Source: an uncultured Christensenella sp.
Lineage (GTDB): Bacteria > Bacillota > Clostridia > Christensenellales > UBA3700
DNA length: 64,000 nucleotides
NCBI GenBank assembly: GCA_910583735.1
Contig: CAJTXS010000001.1
Coordinates: 150,197-214,196, forward strand
Reading direction: 5' to 3'
The notes under the pieces: generated by a model
What the model was told of the DNA's origin: nothing
Databases searched by the model: none
Seen by the model: only the letters and a program-made list of their open reading frames with translations
Position numbers and translations under genes: made by a program
Part shown: positions 11,887 to 23,573 of the stretch, in pieces
Layout: every line of letters starts with the position of its first letter
Numbering within the stretch: position 1 is the first letter of the stretch

Positions 11887-13647
11887 ATGCAGGATAAGGG
11901 TAAGATTGTTAAAGTGGCAGGACCGCTCATAGTCGCCGAAGGGCTTAAGGATTGCAGGATGTTCGACGTCGTGCGAGTGAGCTCGCGCCATCTGATAGGC
12001 GAAGTCATAGAGATGAGAGGCGATAAGGCGTCCATACAGGTATATGAGGAGACGGGCGGACTGGGACCCGGCGAAGAGGTCGTTACTACCGGCGCGCCCC
12101 TGTCTGTAGAACTCGGACCCGGCATATTGGAAGGTATCTATGACGGCATTCAGCGTCCGTTGCGTAAGCTCATAGAGGCGAGCGGCGACAGGATAGGCAG
12201 AGGCATAGATATGCCCGCGCTCGATCACTCCAAGAAGTGGGAATTTAATCCTACCGTAGCCGTAGGCGCAAAGGTGCAAGAGGGAGACATCATAGGCACC
12301 GTAAAAGAGAACGCCGTAGTCGAGCACCGCATTATGGTGCCCGTAGGCGTATTCGGCAAAGTCAAGAAGATAGTATCAGGCGAGTATACCATAGACGACA
12401 CAGTATGCGTGGTAACTACCGATAGCGGAGATGTCAAGGTCACCATGTGTCAGAAGTGGCCCGTGAGAAAGGGCAGACCTTACAAGAGCAAGATGTCGCC
12501 GGTCAGACCTCTGATATCGGGACAGCGCGTAATAGATACGTTTTTTCCTGTAGCAAAGGGCGGCGCGGCATGTATCCCCGGACCTTTCGGCAGCGGCAAG
12601 ACCGTCGTGCAGCATCAGCTTGCGAAGTGGTCCGACGCGGACATTATCGTATATGTGGGTTGCGGCGAGCGCGGCAATGAGATGACGGACGTCCTCAACG
12701 AGTTCCCCGAGCTGATAGACCCCAAGACGGGCGAGCCTTTGATGAAGAGGACCGTGCTGATCGCCAACACCTCCGACATGCCTGTCGCAGCGCGCGAGGC
12801 GTCTATATATACAGGCATTACCATAGCGGAGTACTTCCGCGATATGGGATACGACGTCGCTATCATGGCGGACTCTTCGTCGCGCTGGGCGGAAGCACTG
12901 AGAGAGATGTCGGGCAGACTGGAAGAGATGCCCGGCGAAGAGGGATATCCCGCGTATCTGTCCTCGAGGCTTGCAGGCTATTACGAGAGGGCGGGCGTGG
13001 TCAGCACTCTCGGCAGCGACAACAGGACGGGTTCCGTTACGGCTATATCCGCCGTATCTCCTCCCGGAGGAGACTTGTCCGAGCCCGTATCGCAGGCGAC
13101 ATTGCGTATAGTCAAAGTATTCTGGGGACTGTCTGCATCGCTTGCGTATAAGCGTCATTTCCCAGCAATAGATTGGATAGGAAGTTACTCGCTGTATGCC
13201 GACAGAATGACCGATTGGTACAACAATAATGTGGGCAGCAGATGGATAGAGTACCGCCAGAGGGCTATGACAATCTTGCAAGAAGAGTCGGGACTCGACG
13301 AGATAGTGAGACTTGTAGGTATGGACGCGCTCTCGCCTTCGGACAGACTTATCATGGAGACGGCTAAGTCGGTGAGAGAGGACTATCTGCATCAAGACGC
13401 CTTCAACGAGGTGGACACATATGCGTCCTTGTTTAAGCAATTTAATATGCTTAAACTGATAATAGACTGTTACGCGCTGTCTGCCGACGCATTGGAAAAG
13501 GGAGCGGAGCTCGACGACTTGCTCGCGATACCTTCTCGCTCGGCTATCAGCAGATGTAAGTATATCCCCGAGTCCGAGATGAAGAAATTCGAAGAGATTC
13601 GCGTAGCGATGAGCGACGAAATCAACGCGCTCGTCAGCGTACTGTGA
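11887..13647 (+). CDS. ntpA: V-type ATPase catalytic subunit A
   Basis: Walker A 'GPFGSGKTV', with '[11 protein letters not shown]' and '[10 protein letters not shown]'. Confidence 0.95.
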   Translation: MQDKGKIVKVAGPLIVAEGLKDCRMFDVVRVSSRHLIGEVIEMRGDKASIQVYEETGGLGPGEEVVTTGAPLSVELGPGILEGIYDGIQRPLRKLIEASGDRIGRGIDMPALDHSKKWEFNPTVAVGAKVQEGDIIGTVKENAVVEHRIMVPVGVFGKVKKIVSGEYTIDDTVCVVTTDSGDVKVTMCQKWPVRKGRPYKSKMSPVRPLISGQRVIDTFFPVAKGGAACIPGPFGSGKTVVQHQLAKWSDADIIVYVGCGERGNEMTDVLNEFPELIDPKTGEPLMKRTVLIANTSDMPVAAREASIYTGITIAEYFRDMGYDVAIMADSSSRWAEALREMSGRLEEMPGEEGYPAYLSSRLAGYYERAGVVSTLGSDNRTGSVTAISAVSPPGGDLSEPVSQATLRIVKVFWGLSASLAYKRHFPAIDWIGSYSLYADRMTDWYNNNVGSRWIEYRQRAMTILQEESGLDEIVRLVGMDALSPSDRLIMETAKSVREDYLHQDAFNEVDTYASLFKQFNMLKLIIDCYALSADALEKGAELDDLLAIPSRSAISRCKYIPESEMKKFEEIRVAMSDEINALVSVL

Positions 13648-13652
13648 GGTGT

Positions 13653-15053
13653 ATGATGCTTAAAGAATATAAGTCGATTACTGAGATTGTCGGACCGTTG
13701 ATGCTCGTCGAGGGCGTTAACGGCGTCAAGTATGACGAGCTCGTAGAGATTACCGCAAGGGACGGCTCTATCCGTCTCGGGAAAGTGCTCGAGGTCAACG
13801 GCGACAAGGCGATGGTGCAGCTGTTCGAGAGCGCGCAGGGCATACAGATGTCCACGTCCAAAGCGAGATTTTTGGGTAAGAGCCTCGAGCTCGCCGTGAG
13901 CGAAGACATGCTGGGCAGAGTGTTCGACGGTCTCGGTAGACCCAAGGACGGCGGCGCGCCTGTCATACCCGAGAAGCGCATAGATATTAACGGTCAGCCC
14001 ATCAATCCCGCGGCAAGAGACTTCCCCGACGAGTTCATACAGACAGGTATATCGGCAATCGACGGGCTCAACACTCTGGTAAGAGGACAGAAGCTGCCCG
14101 TATTCAGTATGTCAGGCTTGCCTCACGCAGAGCTTGCGGCTCAGATTGCAAGGCAGGCAAAGGTGCTCGACGACTCGGAGAAGTTCGCCGTAGTATTCGC
14201 CGCTATGGGTATTACTTACGAAGAAGCGGACTTTTTTATGAATGATTTTAGGCGTACGGGCGCTATCGAGCGCAGCGTAATGTTTATCAATCTCGCCAAC
14301 GATCCCGCTGTAGAACGTATATCTACGCCTCGTATGGCGCTTACGGCTGCGGAGTATCTTGCGTTCGAGAAGGATATGCACGTGCTCGTAATAATGACGG
14401 ATATTACCAACTATTGCGAAGCGCTGAGAGAGATATCCGCCGCGCGTAAGGAAGTCCCCGGCAGAAGAGGATATCCCGGATATCTGTACACCGACCTTGC
14501 TACGATGTACGAAAGAGCGGGCAGGATTGTGGGTAAGAAGGGCTCTATTACGCAGATACCTATCTTGACCATGCCCGAGGACGACAAGACGCACCCCATA
14601 CCCGACCTTACGGGATATATCACCGAGGGACAGATTATACTGTCCAGAGTGCTGCACAAGAAGAGCATCGCGCCGCCTATCGACGTGCTGCCTTCGCTCT
14701 CGCGTCTTAAGCAGAAGGGTATCGGCAAGGGCAAGACGAGAGAGGACCATTCCGATAATATGAATCAGCTCTTCTCCGCATATGCTCAAGGTAAAGACGC
14801 CAAGGAGCTTGCCGCGGTATTGGGCGAGGCAGCGCTTACGCCTATTGACAGGGAGTACGCAAAGTTTGCCGAGGAGTTCGAGAAGCTGTATATCAATCAA
14901 GGCTTCGAGACCAATCGCACTATCGACGAGACGCTCGACTTGGGTTGGAGACTGCTTGCAATGCTCCCCGAGAGCGAGATGAAGAGGGTGCGAGACGATT
15001 TCTTAGAGAAGTATTACAGACCTGCTAAAGCTAAGGCGGAGAATAAAGAGTAA
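13653..15053 (+). CDS. ntpB: V-type ATPase subunit B
   Basis: '[18 protein letters not shown]' and '[15 protein letters not shown]'. The start is ambiguous (GTG 13644, ATG 13653, ATG 13656), with GAGGTG at 13646..13651. Confidence 0.93.
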   Translation: MMLKEYKSITEIVGPLMLVEGVNGVKYDELVEITARDGSIRLGKVLEVNGDKAMVQLFESAQGIQMSTSKARFLGKSLELAVSEDMLGRVFDGLGRPKDGGAPVIPEKRIDINGQPINPAARDFPDEFIQTGISAIDGLNTLVRGQKLPVFSMSGLPHAELAAQIARQAKVLDDSEKFAVVFAAMGITYEEADFFMNDFRRTGAIERSVMFINLANDPAVERISTPRMALTAAEYLAFEKDMHVLVIMTDITNYCEALREISAARKEVPGRRGYPGYLYTDLATMYERAGRIVGKKGSITQIPILTMPEDDKTHPIPDLTGYITEGQIILSRVLHKKSIAPPIDVLPSLSRLKQKGIGKGKTREDHSDNMNQLFSAYAQGKDAKELAAVLGEAALTPIDREYAKFAEEFEKLYINQGFETNRTIDETLDLGWRLLAMLPESEMKRVRDDFLEKYYRPAKAKAENKE

Positions 15054-15056
15054 AGT

Positions 15057-15689
15057 ATGGCAGAGAGGCTCAACGTCAATCCTACGCGTATGGAGCTGCG
15101 CAATCTCAAGCGCAGGCTTTCTACCGCGGTAAAGGGACATAAGATGCTTAAAGATAAGGCGGACGAAATGGTTCGTCGCTTTGTCGAGCTCGCCAAAGAA
15201 AATAAGCGGTTAAGAGAAGAGATAGAGACCGACCTTGCCGGCGCGCTCAATGCTTTCATGCTCGCGCGGGCGTCGTCGGAGGATTATATCATAGAGGAAG
15301 CTGTCGCATATCCCGGCGCTTCGCTTACGGTTAAGGCGGAAATCGACAGTATCATGAGCGTTCCCGTGCCCTCTATCGCTATCGAAAAGGACGAGTCGGG
15401 CGACATCTTCCCTTATTCTTTTGCACAGGTAACGGCGCAGCTTGATAGCTCTATCGTTACTGTTACAGAGCTTGCAGATAAGATGGTCAAACTTGCTCAA
15501 GTGGAGAAGTCATGCAATATGCTGTCCATCGAGATCGAGAAGAACAGGCGCAGAGTTAACGCGCTCGAGTATGTAATGATACCTATGATAGAGGAGACTA
15601 TCAAGTATATCACCATGAAACTGGACGAGAATGAGCGCTCCAATACCGTGCGTCTCATGAAAGTCAAGACAATGCTTGCCGATAAATAG
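15057..15689 (+). CDS. ntpD: V-type ATPase subunit D
   Basis: 'LNVNPTRMELRNLKRRL'. 210-aa coiled-coil central stalk, last gene of the operon. Confidence 0.9.
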   Translation: MAERLNVNPTRMELRNLKRRLSTAVKGHKMLKDKADEMVRRFVELAKENKRLREEIETDLAGALNAFMLARASSEDYIIEEAVAYPGASLTVKAEIDSIMSVPVPSIAIEKDESGDIFPYSFAQVTAQLDSSIVTVTELADKMVKLAQVEKSCNMLSIEIEKNRRRVNALEYVMIPMIEETIKYITMKLDENERSNTVRLMKVKTMLADK

Positions 15690-15716
15690 CAACTACATCA
15701 TTAATGATAACTTATT

Positions 15717-15750
15717 CCGCTTGGGATATGTCCTTAGCGGGATTTTTTTT
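15717..15750 (+). terminator. Terminator of the V-ATPase operon
   Basis: Imperfect stem CCGCT(T)GG...CC(TT)AGCGG followed by GATTTTTTTT. Confidence 0.6.
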
Positions 15751-15918
15751 ACATAGTCGGCTGAAACTAAGTAAATTAAAAATAATTATATACTATATCA
15801 TGTTTGATTTTGAGTAAGGCTATTGATCAAAGTATAAATGCAGCTATAGCCGTTCAATTAAATAGTAGTCATAAAGCATGTCCGTATATCATACAATTAA
15901 TTGACGTCGGAGGTGTCT

Positions 15919-16638
15919 ATGAAGAAGAAATTAATTCTTATATTTTTAACCATTGCTTTAGCGGCGACGGCCGTATTTGCGCTGGTCGCGTGCAAAGACG
16001 AGACTACGCCGAGCATTAACGATTATGTGAGCTATGATCAATATATGCTCTATAGCGCGCATGACAGCGACCTAACCGTAAGTATCACGGGTATAAAGAG
16101 AGAAGAGGTCTTTATTGCCGACGGCAAGGTCGGGCAGGTGTCTGATTATGTTCGCATTACAATGCGTCCTGTCAAGGCGGAAATGCTCACAAAAGAGTAT
16201 TCCTATACGATAGTAGGCGAGATAGGCTCGCTTAGCGGTAACCTCGGCAAAGACGGCTTCGGAGTGAGCTTCAGCGCAGATTTGCACGAGCTTGGCGAGA
16301 TAGGTAAGATAAGCGCGGTTAAGATTACTTACGGCGATACGGTTAAGGAGCTGGAAGTGGTCGATAAGTGCGACGGTATCATCGATAGCAAGACAGCGCT
16401 CGACAAGGCTTACGAGGTCTTTAAGGCGGATATCGAGCCAGCTCTGCAGGATAAGTCTTTTAGCAGAGAGGTATACGTAAAACTCGTCAACGACGGAAAA
16501 AATCCCGATAGCGATTACTACTGGTTCGTGTCTTTTATATCTTCCAAAGAGGACTATTGGGCGGTGTTGGTGGATACTGCCGACGGCTCGATAATCTCCA
16601 GCCGCAAGAGCATTGCGGAGAACAAGAGCGAGCAATAA
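15919..16638 (+). CDS. Lipoprotein of unknown function with a PepSY-like C-terminal region
   Basis: GGAGGTG SD. 'MKKKLILIFLTIALAATAVFALVAC' with lipobox LVAC. C-terminus 'YYWFVSFISSKEDYWAVLVDTADGSII'. Confidence 0.75.
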   Translation: MKKKLILIFLTIALAATAVFALVACKDETTPSINDYVSYDQYMLYSAHDSDLTVSITGIKREEVFIADGKVGQVSDYVRITMRPVKAEMLTKEYSYTIVGEIGSLSGNLGKDGFGVSFSADLHELGEIGKISAVKITYGDTVKELEVVDKCDGIIDSKTALDKAYEVFKADIEPALQDKSFSREVYVKLVNDGKNPDSDYYWFVSFISSKEDYWAVLVDTADGSIISSRKSIAENKSEQ

Positions 16639-16690
16639 GAGTTAGTAATTGAGACTTTCGCATCGCTATCAGCATGCGGTGTATAAAGAA

Positions 16691-16714
16691 GAGGCGGCTT
16701 ATGTAAGCCGCCTC
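16691..16714. terminator. Bidirectional terminator between convergent genes
   Basis: 10-bp stem GAGGCGGCTT/AAGCCGCCTC with loop ATGT. Confidence 0.7.
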
Positions 16715-16720
16715 GATTAA

Positions 16721-19330
16721 TTAATCGTTATTGTTATTATTGTTGGAATTCTTATTCCTAAAGTTGCTCAATCTCTCGCTCATTGTAGGACGGTTGGCTT
16801 TTGCTTCCGCCTTAGCCGCTTGGGCTTTTGCTTTTGCCTCTGCTTTAGCCTCCTGAGCTTTTTGCTTGGCAATGAGCCTTTCTTGCTTCTTGGTCTCGTT
16901 TAGCTGCTTTTGTCTGCCGAAGTTGGCAATGGTAGATATGCCGCCGCCGATTATCAAAAATAGTCCTTTTAAGCGGTGTTTGTTGCCCCATTCGACCAGT
17001 CCGCGTATCAGCTTGAGGTCGGCGTTGCCGCCCGACATTCCGACAAGACCGCGCAGAGGCAACTCCTTCATGCCCTGCATCAGCATGAGCATTGTGGTCA
17101 TGTCGGGGTTGTCTACCTGTCCCTTGATTATTCCGGGAGCGACCTTAAGTATAAGTCTGCCCAGATGGCAGCACGCGAGATCGCCGAAAGTGGTGTTGAG
17201 GTCAAACTCTCCGCGCTTAGCAGGTCTATTGGAAGGCAACTCTTTGCCGTACAATCCGCTGAACTGTTCCGAAGGTATCTCAGTCAACTCGCTTATCTTG
17301 TAGTAGCAAGGGCAGTTGCTCTCGTAGTCGGGCATTGGCGCTATAACGCTGTCTGTAATCTTGATGCTGCCGCTCAGCCTAATATCGCGCGAGCTCGAAC
17401 CGATAAGTATATCGTAATCGCAGTTCTCGACATACCAGTCCTTAATCTCGGTATTGTAGAATGCAAAGCTGCGGTCGTCGAGATTCATCTCTACCTTGAC
17501 GGACTGGCCTTTACGCAAGAATACTTTTGCAAAGCTCTTGAGCTCTTTGTCCGCGCGGAATACTCTGCTTCCTTTGGCTCTCACATACAATTGGCATACG
17601 TCCGCGCCGTCGTAATCTCCCGTGTTGGTAACGGTAAATGTGACTTTGCGTCCCTTAATTTCCAGTCCCGAATAGGCGAACGTGGTATATGACAGACCGT
17701 GACCGAAGGGGAAGAGCACTTCCTTATTGGCGCTGTCGTAATATCTGTAACCTACGAATATGCTCTCTCTGTGCTCGACGGTGCGAGGTCCCATCTTGAA
17801 GTATTGCGAGCCGATATAGTCGTCCAGCTTGACGGGATAGGTCTCCGCAAGTTTACCGCTCGGCGATACTTCGCCGTAGATTATGTTGTGGACAGCCTCT
17901 CCGCCCGCTTCGCCGGGAAGATATGCGTTAAGCACCGCCTTTACCTTATCTATCCAGGGCATAGCGACGGGGGAGCCGCCGTAGAGTATGACGGTGACAT
18001 TGCTGTTGACTGCGGTTACCGCCTCTATGAGCGCATTGTGAGATTCGGGCAAATCGATGTGCGAGCGATCGTATCCTTCGCACTCGAAGTCGTCGGTAAG
18101 TCCTATCGCTACGATTACCTTTTCCTTTCTCGAGGCGAGCGCTACCGCTTCTTGAATCATTTCCTGATTGACTACTTCGTTGCTGATAGTATATCCGGGC
18201 GCGAATTCGAATTTGCGTCCGTTCTGCGTGAGCGCGTCCAGCAGGCTGACCAGCTTGATGGGATTGATTCTCGAGCTGCCCGAGCCCTGATATCTGCTCG
18301 TTCTTGCCAGTTCGCCGATAAGCGCGATGTCGTCGCTCTCGGCGATGGGCAGAGCATTGTCGTCGTTTTTAAGCAAGACGGCGGACGCTTCGGCTATCTT
18401 GCGCGCTATGTTGTGCGCGTTCTCGTAGTCGGCGCTGTATCCGCTGCGCTGATTGGAGTCGCATTTGAATATGAACTTGAGCAAACGCAATACTACCTTG
18501 TCAAGGTCTTTTTCCTTTAATTGACCCGACTTGACAGCTTTTATTATTTGCTTGTCGGTCACGCCGCCCGAGTAGGGCATCTCAAGGTCAAGACCCGCCT
18601 GTATGCCCTTTACGCGATTATTGGTGGCGTTCCAGTCGCTGACGACCAGTCCCTTGAAGCCCCATTCCTCGCGCAAAATATCTGTAAGGATGCGCTTATT
18701 GTCGGACGCGTATTCTCCGTTAATCTGATTGTAGGAGCACATTACCGTCCAAGGCTTGGCTTCCTTGACAGCGCATTCAAAGGACGGCAGATATATTTCT
18801 CTTAAGGCGCGCTCGTCTACGACGGCGTTGATGGTCATTCTGTGCGTCTCTTGGTTGTTGACGCAGAAGTGCTTGAGAGATGTGCCCACATTCCTCGACT
18901 GAACGCCGTTGATATAGTTGACGCACATGCGGGAGGACAGATACGGGTCCTCGCTCATGTATTCGAAGTTGCGTCCGCATAGAGGAGAGCGCTTGATATT
19001 TACGCCAGGTCCGAGTATTACGGATACGCCTTGGTCGAGGCATTGCTTGGCAAGCTCTTCGCCCATAAGATAGGCGAGAGAAGTATCCCACGAGCTCGCG
19101 AGATTGACTGCGGGCGGGAATGATGTGGCGGGATATGAGGAGTTGAGCGCTTTGCCGGAATCCTCATTCTCGAGCCTCAATCCGTGAGGACCGTCTGATA
19201 CTCTTGCCGAGGGGACGTTCATCCTATATATCGGCTTAGTTGTCCAGTAGTCTCTGCCGCTGCATAGACCGGCTTTCTCTTCTAAAGTCATATCTTTCAA
19301 TATGGCATTGTAATCTATGTAGTTATTCAC
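16721..19330 (-). CDS. Glycoside hydrolase family 3 beta-glucosidase (cytoplasmic) with an extended C-terminus
   Basis: 'SDGPHGLR', 'GFKGLVVSDW' (nucleophile Asp context), a GH3 C-domain and an Fn3-like domain. No signal peptide. GTG start with GAGGT SD. Confidence 0.9.
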   Translation of the reverse strand: MNNYIDYNAILKDMTLEEKAGLCSGRDYWTTKPIYRMNVPSARVSDGPHGLRLENEDSGKALNSSYPATSFPPAVNLASSWDTSLAYLMGEELAKQCLDQGVSVILGPGVNIKRSPLCGRNFEYMSEDPYLSSRMCVNYINGVQSRNVGTSLKHFCVNNQETHRMTINAVVDERALREIYLPSFECAVKEAKPWTVMCSYNQINGEYASDNKRILTDILREEWGFKGLVVSDWNATNNRVKGIQAGLDLEMPYSGGVTDKQIIKAVKSGQLKEKDLDKVVLRLLKFIFKCDSNQRSGYSADYENAHNIARKIAEASAVLLKNDDNALPIAESDDIALIGELARTSRYQGSGSSRINPIKLVSLLDALTQNGRKFEFAPGYTISNEVVNQEMIQEAVALASRKEKVIVAIGLTDDFECEGYDRSHIDLPESHNALIEAVTAVNSNVTVILYGGSPVAMPWIDKVKAVLNAYLPGEAGGEAVHNIIYGEVSPSGKLAETYPVKLDDYIGSQYFKMGPRTVEHRESIFVGYRYYDSANKEVLFPFGHGLSYTTFAYSGLEIKGRKVTFTVTNTGDYDGADVCQLYVRAKGSRVFRADKELKSFAKVFLRKGQSVKVEMNLDDRSFAFYNTEIKDWYVENCDYDILIGSSSRDIRLSGSIKITDSVIAPMPDYESNCPCYYKISELTEIPSEQFSGLYGKELPSNRPAKRGEFDLNTTFGDLACCHLGRLILKVAPGIIKGQVDNPDMTTMLMLMQGMKELPLRGLVGMSGGNADLKLIRGLVEWGNKHRLKGLFLIIGGGISTIANFGRQKQLNETKKQERLIAKQKAQEAKAEAKAKAQAAKAEAKANRPTMSERLSNFRNKNSNNNNNND

Positions 19331-19452
19331 ACGCTACCTCGATTGATTGTAGTTATACGCCTATATCATAACAGAAATTATCGATAAATTCAAGTCAAAT
19401 ACCTGCTTAATATTTTATTTATATAATTAAGCGCCAATGCGCGGCGTTTTAA

Positions 19453-21129
<1,677 letters not shown>

Positions 21130-21156
21130 TCGATTACATTAATTATAAAAAGTTAA

Positions 21157-21186
21157 ATGCGCGGCGTATAAGTCGCGCATTTTTAT
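21157..21186 (+). terminator. guaB terminator
   Basis: Stem ATGCGCG/CGCGCAT with a 10-nt loop, followed by TTTTAT. Confidence 0.65.
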
Positions 21187-21244
21187 ATACAGTAATCCCT
21201 ATTTTATAAAATTAAATAAATTTTTATGTTCATATTAATAAATT

Positions 21245-21267
21245 CGGCGCGATATCTTATCGCGCCG
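21245..21267 (-). terminator. glyQS terminator
   Basis: 9-bp stem CGGCGCGAT/ATCGCGCCG with a 5-nt loop, 26 nt downstream of the glyQS stop. The U-tract is weak. Confidence 0.55.
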
Positions 21268-21292
21268 CTGTATATATATGGTTAAATATTTA

Positions 21293-22678
21293 TTAATATT
21301 GCAGGTTATCCTCGAGATACTTTACAAGCGAGTCGATAGGTATCCTTACCTGCGCCATACTGTCGCGCTCTCTTACCGTAACGGTATCGGTATCGAGAGT
21401 GTCGAAGTCTATCGTGACACAATAAGGCGTGCCTATCTCGTCCTGCCTGCGATATCTCTTGCCTATGGACGCGCTCTCGTCGTATGTAGCGGAGAAGCGC
21501 TTGCTAAGCATGCGGTATATCTCCTCGGACTTTTCACCGAGCGCCTTTTTCTGCAAGGGCAGCACGGCTACCTTGTAAGGAGCAAGGGCATGGTGCAGCT
21601 TGAGTACTACGCGCGTGTCGCCGTCGATTTCTTCTTCCTCATATGCGTTGCACAGGAATGCCAGCACAACTCTGTCCGCGCCCAAAGAAGGCTCTATTAC
21701 GTAAGGCACATACTTCTCGCCCGTTACGGGGTCGGTGTAATCCAAAGACTTTCCGCTTGCCTTGATGTGTGCGTTGAGGTCGTAATCAGTCCTGTCCGCA
21801 ACGCCCCATAGCTCGCCCCAGCCGAAGGGGAAGAGGAATTCGAAGTCTGTAGTAGCTCTGGAGTAGAATGCAAGCTCTTCGGGATCATGGTCGCGCAGCT
21901 TTAATCTCTCTTGCTTTATTCCGAGACCGAGCAGCCAATCTCTGCAATAGTTCTTCCAGTACTCGAACCACTCGAGGTCTGTACCGGGCTTGCAGAAGAA
22001 TTCCAACTCCATCTGCTCGAACTCTCTTGTTCTGAATGTAAAGTTGCCGGGAGTGATTTCGTTTCTGAACGACTTGCCTATCTGCGCAATTCCGAAAGGC
22101 ACCTTCATGCGGGTGCTTCTTGCGACATTGTTGAAGTTGACGAATATTCCTTGAGCCGTCTCGGGACGCAGATATACCGTGCTTGCGCTGTCCTCGGTGA
22201 TACCCTGGAAAGTCTTGAACATTAAGTTGAACTGTCTTACTCCCGTAAATTCGCTCTTGCCGCATACGGGGCAGGCTATCTTATGGGAGATGACGTAGTC
22301 TTCCATCTTCTTATTGTCCCAACCTGATATATTCTCCTCGCAGCCGTGCTTTTTCATATAATCCTCTATGAGATTGTCGGCGCGGTGTCTCGCCTTGCAA
22401 GCCTTGCAATCCATGAGCGGATCGCTGAAGCCGCCTACGTGACCGCTCGCAACCCACACCTGAGGGTTCATCAATATAGCGCAATCTACGCCCGTATTAT
22501 AGGGATTTTCCTGTACGAATTTCTTCCACCAGGCTTTTTTTACGTTGTTCTTTAGTTCTACGCCCAAAGGACCGTAATCCCATGTATTGGCAAGTCCGCC
22601 GTATATTTCGCTGCCGGAGAAGATAAATCCTCTGCCTTTGCATAAAGCGACGAGCTTATCCATAGTTAAATCAGCCAT
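21293..22678 (-). CDS. glyQS: Glycine--tRNA ligase (single-chain class II GlyQS)
   Basis: '[20 protein letters not shown]' and '[25 protein letters not shown]'. 461 aa with a GGAGTG SD. Confidence 0.95.
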   Translation of the reverse strand: MADLTMDKLVALCKGRGFIFSGSEIYGGLANTWDYGPLGVELKNNVKKAWWKKFVQENPYNTGVDCAILMNPQVWVASGHVGGFSDPLMDCKACKARHRADNLIEDYMKKHGCEENISGWDNKKMEDYVISHKIACPVCGKSEFTGVRQFNLMFKTFQGITEDSASTVYLRPETAQGIFVNFNNVARSTRMKVPFGIAQIGKSFRNEITPGNFTFRTREFEQMELEFFCKPGTDLEWFEYWKNYCRDWLLGLGIKQERLKLRDHDPEELAFYSRATTDFEFLFPFGWGELWGVADRTDYDLNAHIKASGKSLDYTDPVTGEKYVPYVIEPSLGADRVVLAFLCNAYEEEEIDGDTRVVLKLHHALAPYKVAVLPLQKKALGEKSEEIYRMLSKRFSATYDESASIGKRYRRQDEIGTPYCVTIDFDTLDTDTVTVRERDSMAQVRIPIDSLVKYLEDNLQY

Positions 22679-22818
22679 AATTCACTCCGTATATTTTATT
22701 CAGTTAATTATATTATTTTTAGTTGAGTTATGTCAAATGTCGGTAACACTTTTACGGCATTTTGCGTATTGTGAAGTAAGAACGGACTCGTGCCGTTAAT
22801 CTAAACGGAGGAATTGAT

Positions 22819-23004
22819 ATGAATAATTTTGATTTCGGCGGCGGTTGCGACTGCCTGTGGATCATCCTTTTACTTATGTGCTGCTGCGGTTGCGGTAACA
22901 ATAGCTGCGGCAACACCGGCAACAGCTGCTGCGGCTGTAACATAATCCCCGTCCTTGTAGCTTTGAGCTGCTGCGGATGTGGCTGCGGCAACGGCTGCAA
23001 CTAA
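22819..23004 (+). CDS. 61-aa Cys/Gly/Asn-rich peptide with two hydrophobic cores; function unknown
   Basis: GGAGG lies 7 nt upstream, and a strong terminator follows 75 nt downstream. 15 of 61 residues are Cys, in CC(C)GCG clusters. Confidence 0.6.
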   Translation: MNNFDFGGGCDCLWIILLLMCCCGCGNNSCGNTGNSCCGCNIIPVLVALSCCGCGCGNGCN

Positions 23005-23078
23005 TCGATAATGCACTGTTAGGGCGTGTCCCGACAGAGTAGCAGTCGATTAATGAGCCGCCACGAAGCGGCGTTCGT

Positions 23079-23110
23079 GCAATCCCGATCTATTCGGGAT
23101 TGCTATTTTT
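23079..23110 (+). terminator. Terminator of the Cys-rich peptide gene
   Basis: 10-bp stem GCAATCCCGA/TCGGGATTGC with loop TCTAT, then TATTTTT. Confidence 0.8.
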
Positions 23111-23140
23111 ATACATGGCTTTTTGCCCGTATATCTTTGT

Positions 23141-23169
23141 TTGATTTTACGCGCGAGTCGAGTTATAAT
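23141..23169 (+). promoter_or_regulatory. Candidate promoter TTGATT-17-TATAAT driving a leaderless small ORF
   Basis: -35 at 23141..23146 and -10 at 23164..23169. ATG 23176 starts 6 nt after the -10, and there is no SD. Confidence 0.45.
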
Positions 23170-23175
23170 ATATGT

Positions 23176-23433
23176 ATGAGAGATTATAACATCTTTACAT
23201 GGCTTATAGATTTTCCCGTTAAGCCGCTTGTATATAAGTGCTGGATATATATCGGCGCTCCCGTTATATTCGTCATGTGGCTGTGCGTACAATTTGTCTT
23301 TAATGACTTGCTGTATTACTGGGCGGCATATGTCTTTGTACCTGTCGTAAGCATAAGCATAGTGTGGGATTGCATCAACTATATCAGATACGTCATGATG
23401 GGACGTAAGCCCAAAGGTATTCGACATAAATAG
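23176..23433 (+). CDS. 85-aa aromatic-rich two-TM membrane protein (hypothetical)
   Basis: I shortened the track ORF 23026..23433 because its 5' part spans the terminator at 23079. The sequence begins 'MRDYNIFTWLIDFP' and has two hydrophobic segments. Confidence 0.4.
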   Translation: MRDYNIFTWLIDFPVKPLVYKCWIYIGAPVIFVMWLCVQFVFNDLLYYWAAYVFVPVVSISIVWDCINYIRYVMMGRKPKGIRHK

Positions 23434-23573
23434 ATAATATAACTTACGGCGCGCGATGTCTTACTTATTGATTTATTTATGTTGTAAATGATTGTCATAC
23501 GCGCGCAACCGACTAAGTTTAGTCTATAATCGGTCTTATGCAAAAGTATAAATTAACTAAAAATCCTTGCGGC

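Noticed and set aside
22679-22818. Expected T-box riboswitch upstream of glyQS.
   Set aside because: Only ~140 nt separate glyQS from the divergent peptide gene. I find no T-box core (complement of ..GGTGGTACCGCG..) and no terminator/antiterminator pair on the minus strand.
22752-23000. 82-aa Gln/Pro-rich minus-strand ORF overlapping the Cys-rich peptide gene.
   Set aside because: It is the complement of TGC/GGC-rich codons. It has no SD, and it would run into the glyQS promoter region. The plus-strand ORF has a GGAGG and a terminator. Comparative data could still overturn this choice.
23026-23175. 5' part of track ORF 23026..23433 (135 aa).
   Set aside because: It spans the strong terminator hairpin at 23079..23110 and has no SD. 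I kept only the distal 85-aa part, and that with low confidence.
23449-23506. GCGCGCG ... CGCGCGC inverted repeat after the 85-aa ORF as a terminator.
   Set aside because: The 7-bp arms are separated by a ~44-nt AT-rich loop and no T-run follows, so it is unlikely to work as an intrinsic terminator.
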